DNA of 32,795 nt from contig JAOZMN010000001.1 in assembly GCA_029934265.1 (NCBI GenBank), forward strand, positions 1-32,795. The letters run 5' to 3'. This DNA comes from Bacteroidales bacterium (GTDB taxonomy: Bacteria; Bacteroidota; Bacteroidia; Bacteroidales; JAADGE01). Positions 9,340 through 17,251 of this stretch are shown here, piece after piece. Positions within the stretch are counted from its first letter, which is position 1. Each line of letters begins with the position of its first letter. The position numbers were made by a program, and so were the translations under genes. A model generated the notes under the pieces. That model saw only the letters and a list, made by a program, of their open reading frames with translations. It was not told where the DNA came from and did no database searches.

Positions 9340-9470
9340 GAGTTCAGTCTAAAAAGTATATTTCTTCGCAATCAGACCCTTAGGGTTTTAAGTAAAATGC
9401 TGTAAATTAAATATTTAGATTTGTTAATTTTTGTTAAATCAAACCCTAAGGGTCTTTTTAGACCGAACTC
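9340..9470 (+). mobile_element. Family A MITE-like element, copy 4
   Basis: Exactly 131 bp. A perfect 6-bp direct repeat TTGTAT lies at 9334-9339 and 9471-9476. Confidence 0.9.
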
Positions 9471-9495
9471 TTGTATAGGTACTTAAAATTTACTT

Positions 9496-10014
9496 ATGAA
9501 AAATAAATTTTTATCTCTTGGCGGAAACTTCGGTAACCGCCTTTTTTTTATTAATGAAGCTGAACGACTTATTGCGAAAGAAAATATATCCGTTGTCGGA
9601 AGTTCGGAAATTTATCAAACTCAATCGTGGGGCTATAAGGATAAATCGTATCTTAATAAAGTTATTGAAATCAGAACAAATTTAAGTCCGAATGTTTTAT
9701 TGAAAAAACTTCAAAAAATCGAAAAAAAATTAGGTCGAAATACTAAAACGAAATCAGACATAAATGGAAAATTAATATATTCAGAAAGGACAATCGACTT
9801 AGACATACTATTTTACGGACAAGAAATTATAAATACCAAAACCTTAATTATTCCGCACCCCCGACTTCATTTACGAAATTTTGTACTTCTGCCTTTAAGT
9901 AAAATTGCAGGAAATTTCAAACACCCTTTATTTAATAAAAAAATATCTGAAATTTACAATAATTGTACGGATACATCAGAAATACAACTTTTTAAAGTCA
10001 GAGAAACGTCTTAA
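9496..10014 (+). CDS. folK: 2-amino-4-hydroxy-6-hydroxymethyldihydropteridine diphosphokinase (HPPK)
   Basis: 172 aa. LSLGGNFGNR, YQTQSWGY, RTIDLDILFYG, IPHPRLHLRNFVLLPL are canonical HPPK motifs. Confidence 0.85.
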   Translation: MKNKFLSLGGNFGNRLFFINEAERLIAKENISVVGSSEIYQTQSWGYKDKSYLNKVIEIRTNLSPNVLLKKLQKIEKKLGRNTKTKSDINGKLIYSERTIDLDILFYGQEIINTKTLIIPHPRLHLRNFVLLPLSKIAGNFKHPLFNKKISEIYNNCTDTSEIQLFKVRETS

Positions 10015-10102
10015 AAATCAATTATTTGCAGATATAATTTTATTTTTTTGCCACGAATACACGAATAAAAATACTAATATTGATTTTACGTCGTAAAAGC
10101 AC

Positions 10103-10573
10103 CTATTTGTGATAAGATTCATTTTTGATTATCGTAAAAGCTCTGTAAAGTTGTTCCAAAAATAAAATTCTTACCGGTTGATGCGAAAAAGTCATTGGCG
10201 AAAGCGATAATTTGAAATTGGCACGCTCATAAACCGATTTGCAGAAACCGTAAGCCCCGCCGATAATAAAAAACAATTTTCGTACTCCTGTAATTTGCTT
10301 ATTTTCAATGAATTTAGAGAAGTTAATCGAATTAAACATCTTTCCTTTTTCATCAAGAAGTACAACAAAATCCTTATCCGAAATTTTTGATAAAATTAAT
10401 TGCCCTTCTTTTTCTTTATAAGTAGAAACAGGCATATTTTTAGTATTTTTAATATCCTTTATCGTGCTGAAATTAAATGTTGTATAATGTTCAATCCGTT
10501 TTATGTATTCATTAATTCCCTCTTCTATATATTTTTTGGAAGTTTTCCCGATACAAATAAATTCAATTTTCAT
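10103..10573 (-). CDS. rlmH: 23S rRNA (pseudouridine1915-N3)-methyltransferase
   Basis: 156 aa SPOUT protein. ICIGK...YIKRI..., VLLDEKGK, FIIGGAYG, LSLSPMTFSHQ..R..LLEQLYRA. Confidence 0.85.
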   Translation of the reverse strand: MKIEFICIGKTSKKYIEEGINEYIKRIEHYTTFNFSTIKDIKNTKNMPVSTYKEKEGQLILSKISDKDFVVLLDEKGKMFNSINFSKFIENKQITGVRKLFFIIGGAYGFCKSVYERANFKLSLSPMTFSHQPVRILFLEQLYRAFTIIKNESYHK

Positions 10574-10643
10574 TTCAATTTTATTAATTTTGTCCTTTAA
10601 TTTTCGGCTAAAATAAATTATAAATTTTATAAAAACGATTTAC

Positions 10644-11492
10644 ATGAAAAATATTTATACCGATAAACTTATAGAAATTGCAATAGCGGAAGACATCGGA
10701 GACGGAGACCACACTTCGCTTTCCTGCATTCCTGCAACAGCACAAGGCAAAGTAAAATTACTTGTAAAAGAACAGGGAATACTTTCCGGAGTAGAAATAA
10801 CAAAAAAAATCCTGAAAAAAATCGACCCTGATTTAAAAATAGAAGTGTTTATAAACGACGGCGAAAAAATAAATGTCGGTGATATTGCTTTTGAAATATC
10901 CGGCAAGACAATTTCGATACTGCAAGCAGAACGACTTTTACTAAATTTTATGCAAAGAATGAGCGGAATTGCAACTCAAACATCAATTTATGCCGATAAA
11001 ATTAAAGACCTGAAAACCAAAGTTCTCGATACCCGAAAAACGACACCCGGACTGCGAGAGATAGAAAAACAAGCAGTGAAAACCGGCGGTGGCATGAATC
11101 ACAGAATGGGACTTTACGATATGATTATGCTAAAAGATAATCATGTAGATTTTGCCGGCGGTATCAAAAATGCCATAAATTCCGCAAATAAATATATCGA
11201 AAAAAACAATAAAAATATCAAAATCGAAATCGAAGTACGAAATTTTGATGAGCTTAATCAAGTACTTGAAACCGGTAATGTACACAGAATAATGCTCGAT
11301 AATTTTACTGTCGAAGATACAAAAAAAGCAGTAGATTTAATTTCCGGTCGTTACGAAACAGAATCTTCCGGCGGAATTACGCTCGAAACTTTAAGAGAAT
11401 ACGCTCTTTGCGGAGTCGATTTTATTTCGATAGGTGCTTTGACACATCAAATAAAAAGTCTTGATTTAAGTTTGAAAGCAGTTAGTAATTAA
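10644..11492 (+). CDS. nadC: Nicotinate-nucleotide diphosphorylase (carboxylating) / quinolinate phosphoribosyltransferase
   Basis: 282 aa. EDIGDGDHTS, AERLLLNFMQRMSGIAT, VLDTRKTTPGLR, KTGGGMNHRMGLYDMIMLKDNH, IMLDNF. Confidence 0.9.
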   Translation: MKNIYTDKLIEIAIAEDIGDGDHTSLSCIPATAQGKVKLLVKEQGILSGVEITKKILKKIDPDLKIEVFINDGEKINVGDIAFEISGKTISILQAERLLLNFMQRMSGIATQTSIYADKIKDLKTKVLDTRKTTPGLREIEKQAVKTGGGMNHRMGLYDMIMLKDNHVDFAGGIKNAINSANKYIEKNNKNIKIEIEVRNFDELNQVLETGNVHRIMLDNFTVEDTKKAVDLISGRYETESSGGITLETLREYALCGVDFISIGALTHQIKSLDLSLKAVSN

Positions 11493-11527
11493 CAATTTAC
11501 AAAGAACAATTAACACACATAGATAAA

Positions 11528-12184
11528 ATGAATAAAACTATAATTTCCCCCTCGTTACTTTCCGGTGATTTTGGAAATTTGCAAGCTGACTGCCAAAAAA
11601 TAAATAAAAGTAATGCCGATTGGTTTCATCTTGACATAATGGACGGCGTATTTGTCCCTAATATTTCTTTCGGCTTACCGGTAGTTTCGGCAATAAAAAA
11701 ACACGCCGAAAAACCATTGGACGTACACCTTATGATTGTCGAGCCGGACAGATATGTAGAGGGATTCAAAAAAGCCGGAGCCGATTATCTTACTGTTCAT
11801 TATGAGGCTTGTACGCACTTGCACCGAACTTTGCAACTGATAAAATCTTTCGGAATGAAAGCCGGAGTTTCTCTAAATCCGCACACGCCGATTTCTTTGC
11901 TCGAAGATATTATTGTTGATATAGATTTGGTATTGCTGATGTCTGTAAATCCCGGTTTCGGCGGACAAAAGTTTATAAAAGAAACTTATGATAAAATTAA
12001 AAAACTGAAAAAACTTATTACCGAAAAAAATACAAATACAATTATCGAAATAGATGGCGGCGTAAACGATAAAAATGCAAAAAAACTTACAGAAGCAGGT
12101 GCAGATGCTCTCGTTGCGGGAAATTATATTTTCAAACACGAAAATTTTAACGAAGCCGTAAATTCACTTAAGAGTTCAGTGTAA
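11528..12184 (+). CDS. rpe: Ribulose-phosphate 3-epimerase (last three codons and stop lie in MITE copy 5)
   Basis: 218 aa. ISPSLLSGDF, HLDIMDGVFVPNISFG, DVHLM, MSVNPGFGGQKF, EIDGG. The stop TAA at 12182-12184 lies inside the repeat that starts at 12172. Confidence 0.9.
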   Translation: MNKTIISPSLLSGDFGNLQADCQKINKSNADWFHLDIMDGVFVPNISFGLPVVSAIKKHAEKPLDVHLMIVEPDRYVEGFKKAGADYLTVHYEACTHLHRTLQLIKSFGMKAGVSLNPHTPISLLEDIIVDIDLVLLMSVNPGFGGQKFIKETYDKIKKLKKLITEKNTNTIIEIDGGVNDKNAKKLTEAGADALVAGNYIFKHENFNEAVNSLKSSV

Positions 12185-12302
12185 AAAGTATATTTTTCCA
12201 AAATCAGACCCTTAGGGTTTTAAGTAATAAGCTGTAATTCAGATATTTAGATTTGTTAATTTTTGTTAAATCAAACCCTAAGGGTCTTTTTATACCGAAC
12301 TC
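12172..12302 (+). mobile_element. Family A MITE-like element, copy 5 (inserted into the 3' end of rpe)
   Basis: Exactly 131 bp. A perfect 6-bp direct repeat ACTTAA lies at 12166-12171 and 12303-12308. Confidence 0.9.
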
Positions 12303-12321
12303 ACTTAAATTTTAAACAATT

Positions 12322-12813
12322 TTGAACAAAGCAATATTTTTAGACAGAGACGGAGTCATAAACGACCCGAAAGATTATTATTATGTAAAAAATATTGATG
12401 AATTTCATCTGAATAAACATATTATAAATTCGTTAAAAGAATATTTATCAGCCGGCTATATCCTTATAATCATAACAAATCAAGGCGGAATTGCCAAAGG
12501 CTTGTATTCTGAAAGTCAGTTAAATGAAATTCATAAATATTTAAACAATATTCTTCTTGAAAACGAAATAAAAATAACGGAAATTTATTACTGTCCGCAT
12601 CACGAAACAAAAAGTAAATGCTTATGCCGAAAACCAAATTCTTTGCTTCTCGAAAAAGCAATGGCACGTTTTAACATCAACAAATCAAAATCCGTTTTTA
12701 TAGGTGATTCTGAAAGAGATATTCTTGCCGGCGAAAAAATTAATTTAAAAAGTATTTTAATTAAAAAAAACAGTATGTTACCGACTGTAAATGAAATATT
12801 TACAGAAATCTAA
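12322..12813 (+). CDS. gmhB: D-glycero-beta-D-manno-heptose-1,7-bisphosphate 7-phosphatase-like HAD-IIIA phosphatase
   Basis: 163 aa. FLDRDGVIN, ITNQGGIAKG, zinc-finger-like CPHHETKSKCLCRKP, FIGDSERD. The start is TTG, and an in-frame stop lies 6 nt upstream. Confidence 0.75.
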   Translation: MNKAIFLDRDGVINDPKDYYYVKNIDEFHLNKHIINSLKEYLSAGYILIIITNQGGIAKGLYSESQLNEIHKYLNNILLENEIKITEIYYCPHHETKSKCLCRKPNSLLLEKAMARFNINKSKSVFIGDSERDILAGEKINLKSILIKKNSMLPTVNEIFTEI

Positions 12814-12827
12814 AAATTCACTCTTAC

Positions 12828-12856
12828 CAATCCGACCACACCAAGTGGTCGGATTG
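12828..12856. terminator. Perfect 12-bp hairpin between convergent gmhB and carB
   Basis: CAATCCGACCAC-ACCAA-GTGGTCGGATTG. There is no strong T-tract on either side, so its function as a bidirectional terminator is inferred from position only. Confidence 0.5.
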
Positions 12857-12868
12857 ATACCAAAAACT

Positions 12869-15800
12869 TTAATATTCATCACTGCTTTTTATCGACAATT
12901 CATTAATATCTATTTTAATAAACGAATAAATAAAAGCACTTGCTAATCGTGCGTTTGTAATCAGCGGAACATTAAAATCTATCGCACTTCGGCGAATAGT
13001 GTAATCGTTGTTTAATTCTCCTTCGCTCAGGTTTTTGGGGATATTCACGACAAAATCCACAATTTTATTTTTGATTAATTCCAAACAGTTCGGAGTTTTA
13101 TTTTCATCGGGCCAATATGCTGTTTTTACTTCGATATTATTTTCACGCAAAAAATTAGCCGTGCCGGGAGTTGCATAAAGTTCAAGACCTTTTTCCTGCA
13201 TCATTCTACTGCTGTTTATCAACTCCATTTTGGAACGCACCGGACCGGTGGAAAGCAAAACGCCTTTTTTAGGAATTTTATAACCTACCGACAGCATGGC
13301 TTTAAGAATTGCATCGTAATAACTGTCTCCAATACAGCCGACTTCGCCGGTGGAAGACATATCGACACCCAAAACAGGGTCGGCTTTTGCCAAGCGTGAA
13401 AATGAAAATTGAGAGGCTTTTATCCCGATATGGTCTAAATCGAAAATAGATTTTTGCGGAATTTCATAATCAACTTCAAGCATTACTTTTGTTGCAAGTT
13501 CTATTAAGTTTGTTTTCAGGACTTTCGACACAAAAGGCATACTTCGAGATGCTCTTACATTACACTCGATAACTTTAATATCGTTGTCTTTTGCAAGAAA
13601 TTGCATATTAAAAGGACCGCTTATTTGCAATGCTTGGGCAATTTGTTTTCCGATTTTTTTAATTCTTCTTATCGTTTCAAAATACAATTTTTGAGGCGGA
13701 AACACCATAGTTGCATCACCGGAATGAACGCCGGCAAATTCGATATGCTCCGAAAGTGCATAAGTTATCATTTTTCCCTTATCGGAAACAGCATCAATCT
13801 CAATTTCTTTAGCATTTTCGATAAATTCGCTTACAACTACCGGATATTGTTTTGAAACTTTTGCCGCCATCAGCAAAAAATGTTCTAATTCCGATTTATT
13901 GGAAACCACGTTCATAGCCGCACCGGAAAGCACGTAAGACGGTCGGACAAGTACCGGGAATCCGACTTCTTCCACGAAAACGTTTATGTCTTCTATGCTC
14001 GTGAGTTCCTTCCATCGAGGCTGGTCGATATTGAGCCGGTCGAGCATTGCAGAAAATTTTTGTCTGTTTTCTGCTCCGTCTATATTTTCGGGTGAAGTTC
14101 CGAGTATTTTAATTCCTTGTGTGTGAAGACGTACCGATAAATTGTTAGGTATCTGACCGCCCACCGAAACTATAACTCCTTTGGGATTTTCGAGTTCTAT
14201 AATATCCAAAACTCGTTCGAGTGTTAATTCATCAAAATATAATAAATCACATACATCGTAGTCGGTGCTTACGGTTTCGGGATTGTAATTTATTACTATC
14301 GAGCGGTAGCCCGATTTATTTACTGTGTTCAAAGCATTTACCGTACACCAGTCAAACTCTACACTGCTGCCAATTCGATACGCACCCGAACCAAGCACTA
14401 CAACAGATTTTCCGTCATTTGCAAATTCTACATCATGCTCAGTTCCGGAATAAGTAAGATACAAATAATTTGTTTGTGCAGGGTATTCTGCCGCAAGTGT
14501 ATCTATCTGTTTTACAAAGGGTAATATGTTTTTTGATTTTCGATATTTTCTTACTTTCAATAAACTTTCGGAAATATCGTTTTCATCGGATTTCAACACA
14601 AAACGAGCTATCTGAAAATCAGAAAAACCTCTTATTTTGGCTTCTTTAAGAAGTTCTGTATGTAGATTTTCAATTTTATTGAAAGAAATAAGTTTTGTAT
14701 GAATATCGAAAATATTTTTCAGTTTTTCGAGAAACCAACGGTCGATTTTTGTAAGCTCGTAAATTTGTTCTACCGTATAGCCTTCGTTAAAAGCGTTTGC
14801 GATAGAAAAAATACGCATATCGGTCGGATTTGTCAATTCTTTTTCAACATCTGCAAAGTCCAAATCTCTGTTTCCTACGAAGCCGTGCATTCCTTGCCCT
14901 ATCATTCGCAAGCCTTTTTGTATTGCCTCTTCAAAGTTTTTTCCGATAGCCATAACTTCGCCTACGCTTTTCATACTGCTTCCTATTTCTTTGGAAACTC
15001 CGTTGAATTTATTCAAATCCCAACGAGGAATTTTACAGACAACATAATCGAGTGCCGGCTCAAAAAACGCCGGTGTAGTTTTCGTTACCGAGTTTTTAAT
15101 TTGATGAAGTCCGTAACCCAAACCAAGTTTTGCGGCAACAAAAGCAAGCGGATAACCTGTTGCCTTAGAAGCCAATGCACTTGAGCGTGAAAGTCTTGCA
15201 TTAACTTCAATAACTCTGTAATCTTCAGAATACGGGTCGAGAGCATACTGCACATTGCACTCTCCGACAACGCCAAGCCTGCGAATAATTTTTATCGCCA
15301 ATGCTCTAAGTTTATGATATTCACTGTTTGTAAGAGTTTGCGAAGGAGCTATAACTATACTTTCGCCTGTATGTATTCCGAGCGGATCGAAATTTTCCAT
15401 ATTACAGACTGTTATACAATTATCGTATTTGTCTCTGACAACTTCGTATTCTACTTCTTTCCAGCCTTTTATGGACTCTTCTACAATTATTTGATTTGAA
15501 AAAGAAAGTGCATTTGCCGCCGTTTTTTCTAATTCGTCATCATTGTTACAAAAACCGCTTCCTTGTCCGCCAAGCGTAAATGCTGCACGGATTATAAGCG
15601 GATAGCCAAGTTTGCCGGCGGCTTTTCTTGCATCTTCGATATTTGTAACAGCAATACTTTGCGGTGTTTTTACATCAATTTCTCTAAGGATATTTGCAAA
15701 AACTTCACGGTCTTCGGTATCCATAATGGTTTGCACAGGCGTTCCGAGAACTTCGATTTTATATTTATCGAAAATGCCGGTTTGATACAATTCTACTCCG

Positions 15801-16114
15801 CAATTTAAAGCGGTCTGACCGCCGAAAGCAAGTAAAATTCCTTCCGGTTTTTCTTTTTTGATGACTTCTTCAACAAAATGCGGTGTTACCGGCAGAAAAT
15901 AAACTTTATCGGCAATGTCTTCGCTTGTCTGCACCGTTGCAATATTCGGATTTATAAGAACGGTTTTTATACCTTCTTCTTTTAAGGCTTTCAAAGCCTG
16001 CGAACCTGAATAATCAAACTCTCCGGCTTCACCGATTTTTAAAGCTCCGGAGCCTAATATTAATACTTTTTTCGGAAGATTTTTTAATGTGGATTTATAT
16101 GTTGAGTTTTTCAT
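12869..16114 (-). CDS. carB: Carbamoyl-phosphate synthase large subunit
   Basis: 1081 aa with duplicated ATP-grasp halves (ILGSGALKIGEAGEFDYSGSQA... and VLGSGAYRIGSSVEFDWC...) and an MGS-like C-terminal domain. Confidence 0.95.
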   Translation of the reverse strand: MKNSTYKSTLKNLPKKVLILGSGALKIGEAGEFDYSGSQALKALKEEGIKTVLINPNIATVQTSEDIADKVYFLPVTPHFVEEVIKKEKPEGILLAFGGQTALNCGVELYQTGIFDKYKIEVLGTPVQTIMDTEDREVFANILREIDVKTPQSIAVTNIEDARKAAGKLGYPLIIRAAFTLGGQGSGFCNNDDELEKTAANALSFSNQIIVEESIKGWKEVEYEVVRDKYDNCITVCNMENFDPLGIHTGESIVIAPSQTLTNSEYHKLRALAIKIIRRLGVVGECNVQYALDPYSEDYRVIEVNARLSRSSALASKATGYPLAFVAAKLGLGYGLHQIKNSVTKTTPAFFEPALDYVVCKIPRWDLNKFNGVSKEIGSSMKSVGEVMAIGKNFEEAIQKGLRMIGQGMHGFVGNRDLDFADVEKELTNPTDMRIFSIANAFNEGYTVEQIYELTKIDRWFLEKLKNIFDIHTKLISFNKIENLHTELLKEAKIRGFSDFQIARFVLKSDENDISESLLKVRKYRKSKNILPFVKQIDTLAAEYPAQTNYLYLTYSGTEHDVEFANDGKSVVVLGSGAYRIGSSVEFDWCTVNALNTVNKSGYRSIVINYNPETVSTDYDVCDLLYFDELTLERVLDIIELENPKGVIVSVGGQIPNNLSVRLHTQGIKILGTSPENIDGAENRQKFSAMLDRLNIDQPRWKELTSIEDINVFVEEVGFPVLVRPSYVLSGAAMNVVSNKSELEHFLLMAAKVSKQYPVVVSEFIENAKEIEIDAVSDKGKMITYALSEHIEFAGVHSGDATMVFPPQKLYFETIRRIKKIGKQIAQALQISGPFNMQFLAKDNDIKVIECNVRASRSMPFVSKVLKTNLIELATKVMLEVDYEIPQKSIFDLDHIGIKASQFSFSRLAKADPVLGVDMSSTGEVGCIGDSYYDAILKAMLSVGYKIPKKGVLLSTGPVRSKMELINSSRMMQEKGLELYATPGTANFLRENNIEVKTAYWPDENKTPNCLELIKNKIVDFVVNIPKNLSEGELNNDYTIRRSAIDFNVPLITNARLASAFIYSFIKIDINELSIKSSDEY

Positions 16115-16182
16115 TTTTCTATATTTTAAAATTTCAGGTTTACAATGTATTTAACTGATAAAACGTAGATACATAAAGGAAA

Positions 16183-16800
16183 TTAGATTGTTATACTTTT
16201 ATTAATTTGTTCAATTATGTCATCTCTTACTATTTTTAATCTTTTCTTACTGTTAGTTTCACTTCCTTCTGGTAATTCATTATTTTTTATACTGTTTAAA
16301 CCTTGTGGTCCTAAATGTCTTCTTATTCTAATAAATTTAGCATTAATACTTAATTTTTCTTCAATAAGCCCAGCTTTATTTCCAAAAAGTATTACATATT
16401 GGTTAATATCTTTGAGTTCATTATATAATCGTTTAATATTACCACGAGCTTCAATGTCTTTATTGCTTGCTTCACTTTTGTTATCTCTATCTCTATATAA
16501 AGGTTTCGGATAAGCATTTGTTATTCTATACTTATACCTGTTAATTCTAAGCTTGTTCTCTTGACTTATATTAGGACTTTCAGGAAAAAGTTTATTTTTG
16601 GGACTTTCTAATAATTTGATTAATTCTTCCAAGTTTGCTCCAGTATCACCGACAACAGGCTTGTTATCTCCATTATACAATTCGAGTCTTCCGGGTGCAC
16701 TAAATACAAAAGCGACTTCCTTGTATTCACCCTCATTGTAATAACAGCAATTTTTTCTTATTGGTTCTTTCATAATACTTGATTTAATTTTATATTCCAT
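16183..16800 (-). CDS. Divergent uracil-DNA-glycosylase-superfamily protein (family-4-like motifs, no Fe-S cysteines)
   Basis: AFVFSAPGRLELYNGDNKPVVGDTGANLEELIKLL versus the family-4 pattern GEAPGxxEDxxGxPFVGxAGxLL. YRITNAYPKP versus ITNxVKCRPP. YVILFGNKAG versus the central LG strand. RRHLGPQGLN versus HPSPL-type motif B. The internal ATG at 16773 overlaps the upstream stop as ATGA and may be the real start (196 aa). Confidence 0.6.
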   Translation of the reverse strand: MEYKIKSSIMKEPIRKNCCYYNEGEYKEVAFVFSAPGRLELYNGDNKPVVGDTGANLEELIKLLESPKNKLFPESPNISQENKLRINRYKYRITNAYPKPLYRDRDNKSEASNKDIEARGNIKRLYNELKDINQYVILFGNKAGLIEEKLSINAKFIRIRRHLGPQGLNSIKNNELPEGSETNSKKRLKIVRDDIIEQINKSITI

Positions 16801-17186
16801 TCTGTTAGTTCAAATCCATATTTATTAAATAAATTTAATTCTACAGGTGTTAATAAAATAATAATTTCTCTGTATGTAGCCATAAATATTTTTTTATTAT
16901 CAGCTTGAATAATAAAAGCAGGACAAGTAAATTCATTTATCAATGTATCTTTCCAGTCTTTTTCAATAATATTGTAGATGTAGTCATTAAATTTATAATG
17001 ATAACACAAATACATTTCTTTTTCAGTTACTAAGAATGGTTTTTGAGATATAGATGTTTTATAGGATTTTATATTTCCAAAAATGGAATTGTCAAATGTT
17101 GATTTTGTTATATCTATTTCTCTTGTTGGTATCATATCGACTACGATTATTTCATCACCTGTGTTTTTAATATAGGCAATAAACAT
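16770..17186 (-). CDS. Hypothetical protein with no recognisable family (upstream partner of the UDG-like gene)
   Basis: The ORF spans 16770-17225 from a TTG; the first ATG is at 17186 (MFIAYIKNTGDEIIVVD...). It is on the same strand as carA/carB. Its stop TGA (16770-16772) overlaps an in-frame ATG of the next gene. No motif recognised. Confidence 0.5.
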   Translation of the reverse strand: MFIAYIKNTGDEIIVVDMIPTREIDITKSTFDNSIFGNIKSYKTSISQKPFLVTEKEMYLCYHYKFNDYIYNIIEKDWKDTLINEFTCPAFIIQADNKKIFMATYREIIILLTPVELNLFNKYGFELTEWNIKLNQVL

Positions 17187-17251
17187 ATTCCAAACTTTTT
17201 CAATATCTAAGCCGGAAAAAAACAAATTTTCTGATATGTAATATTTTTTAT

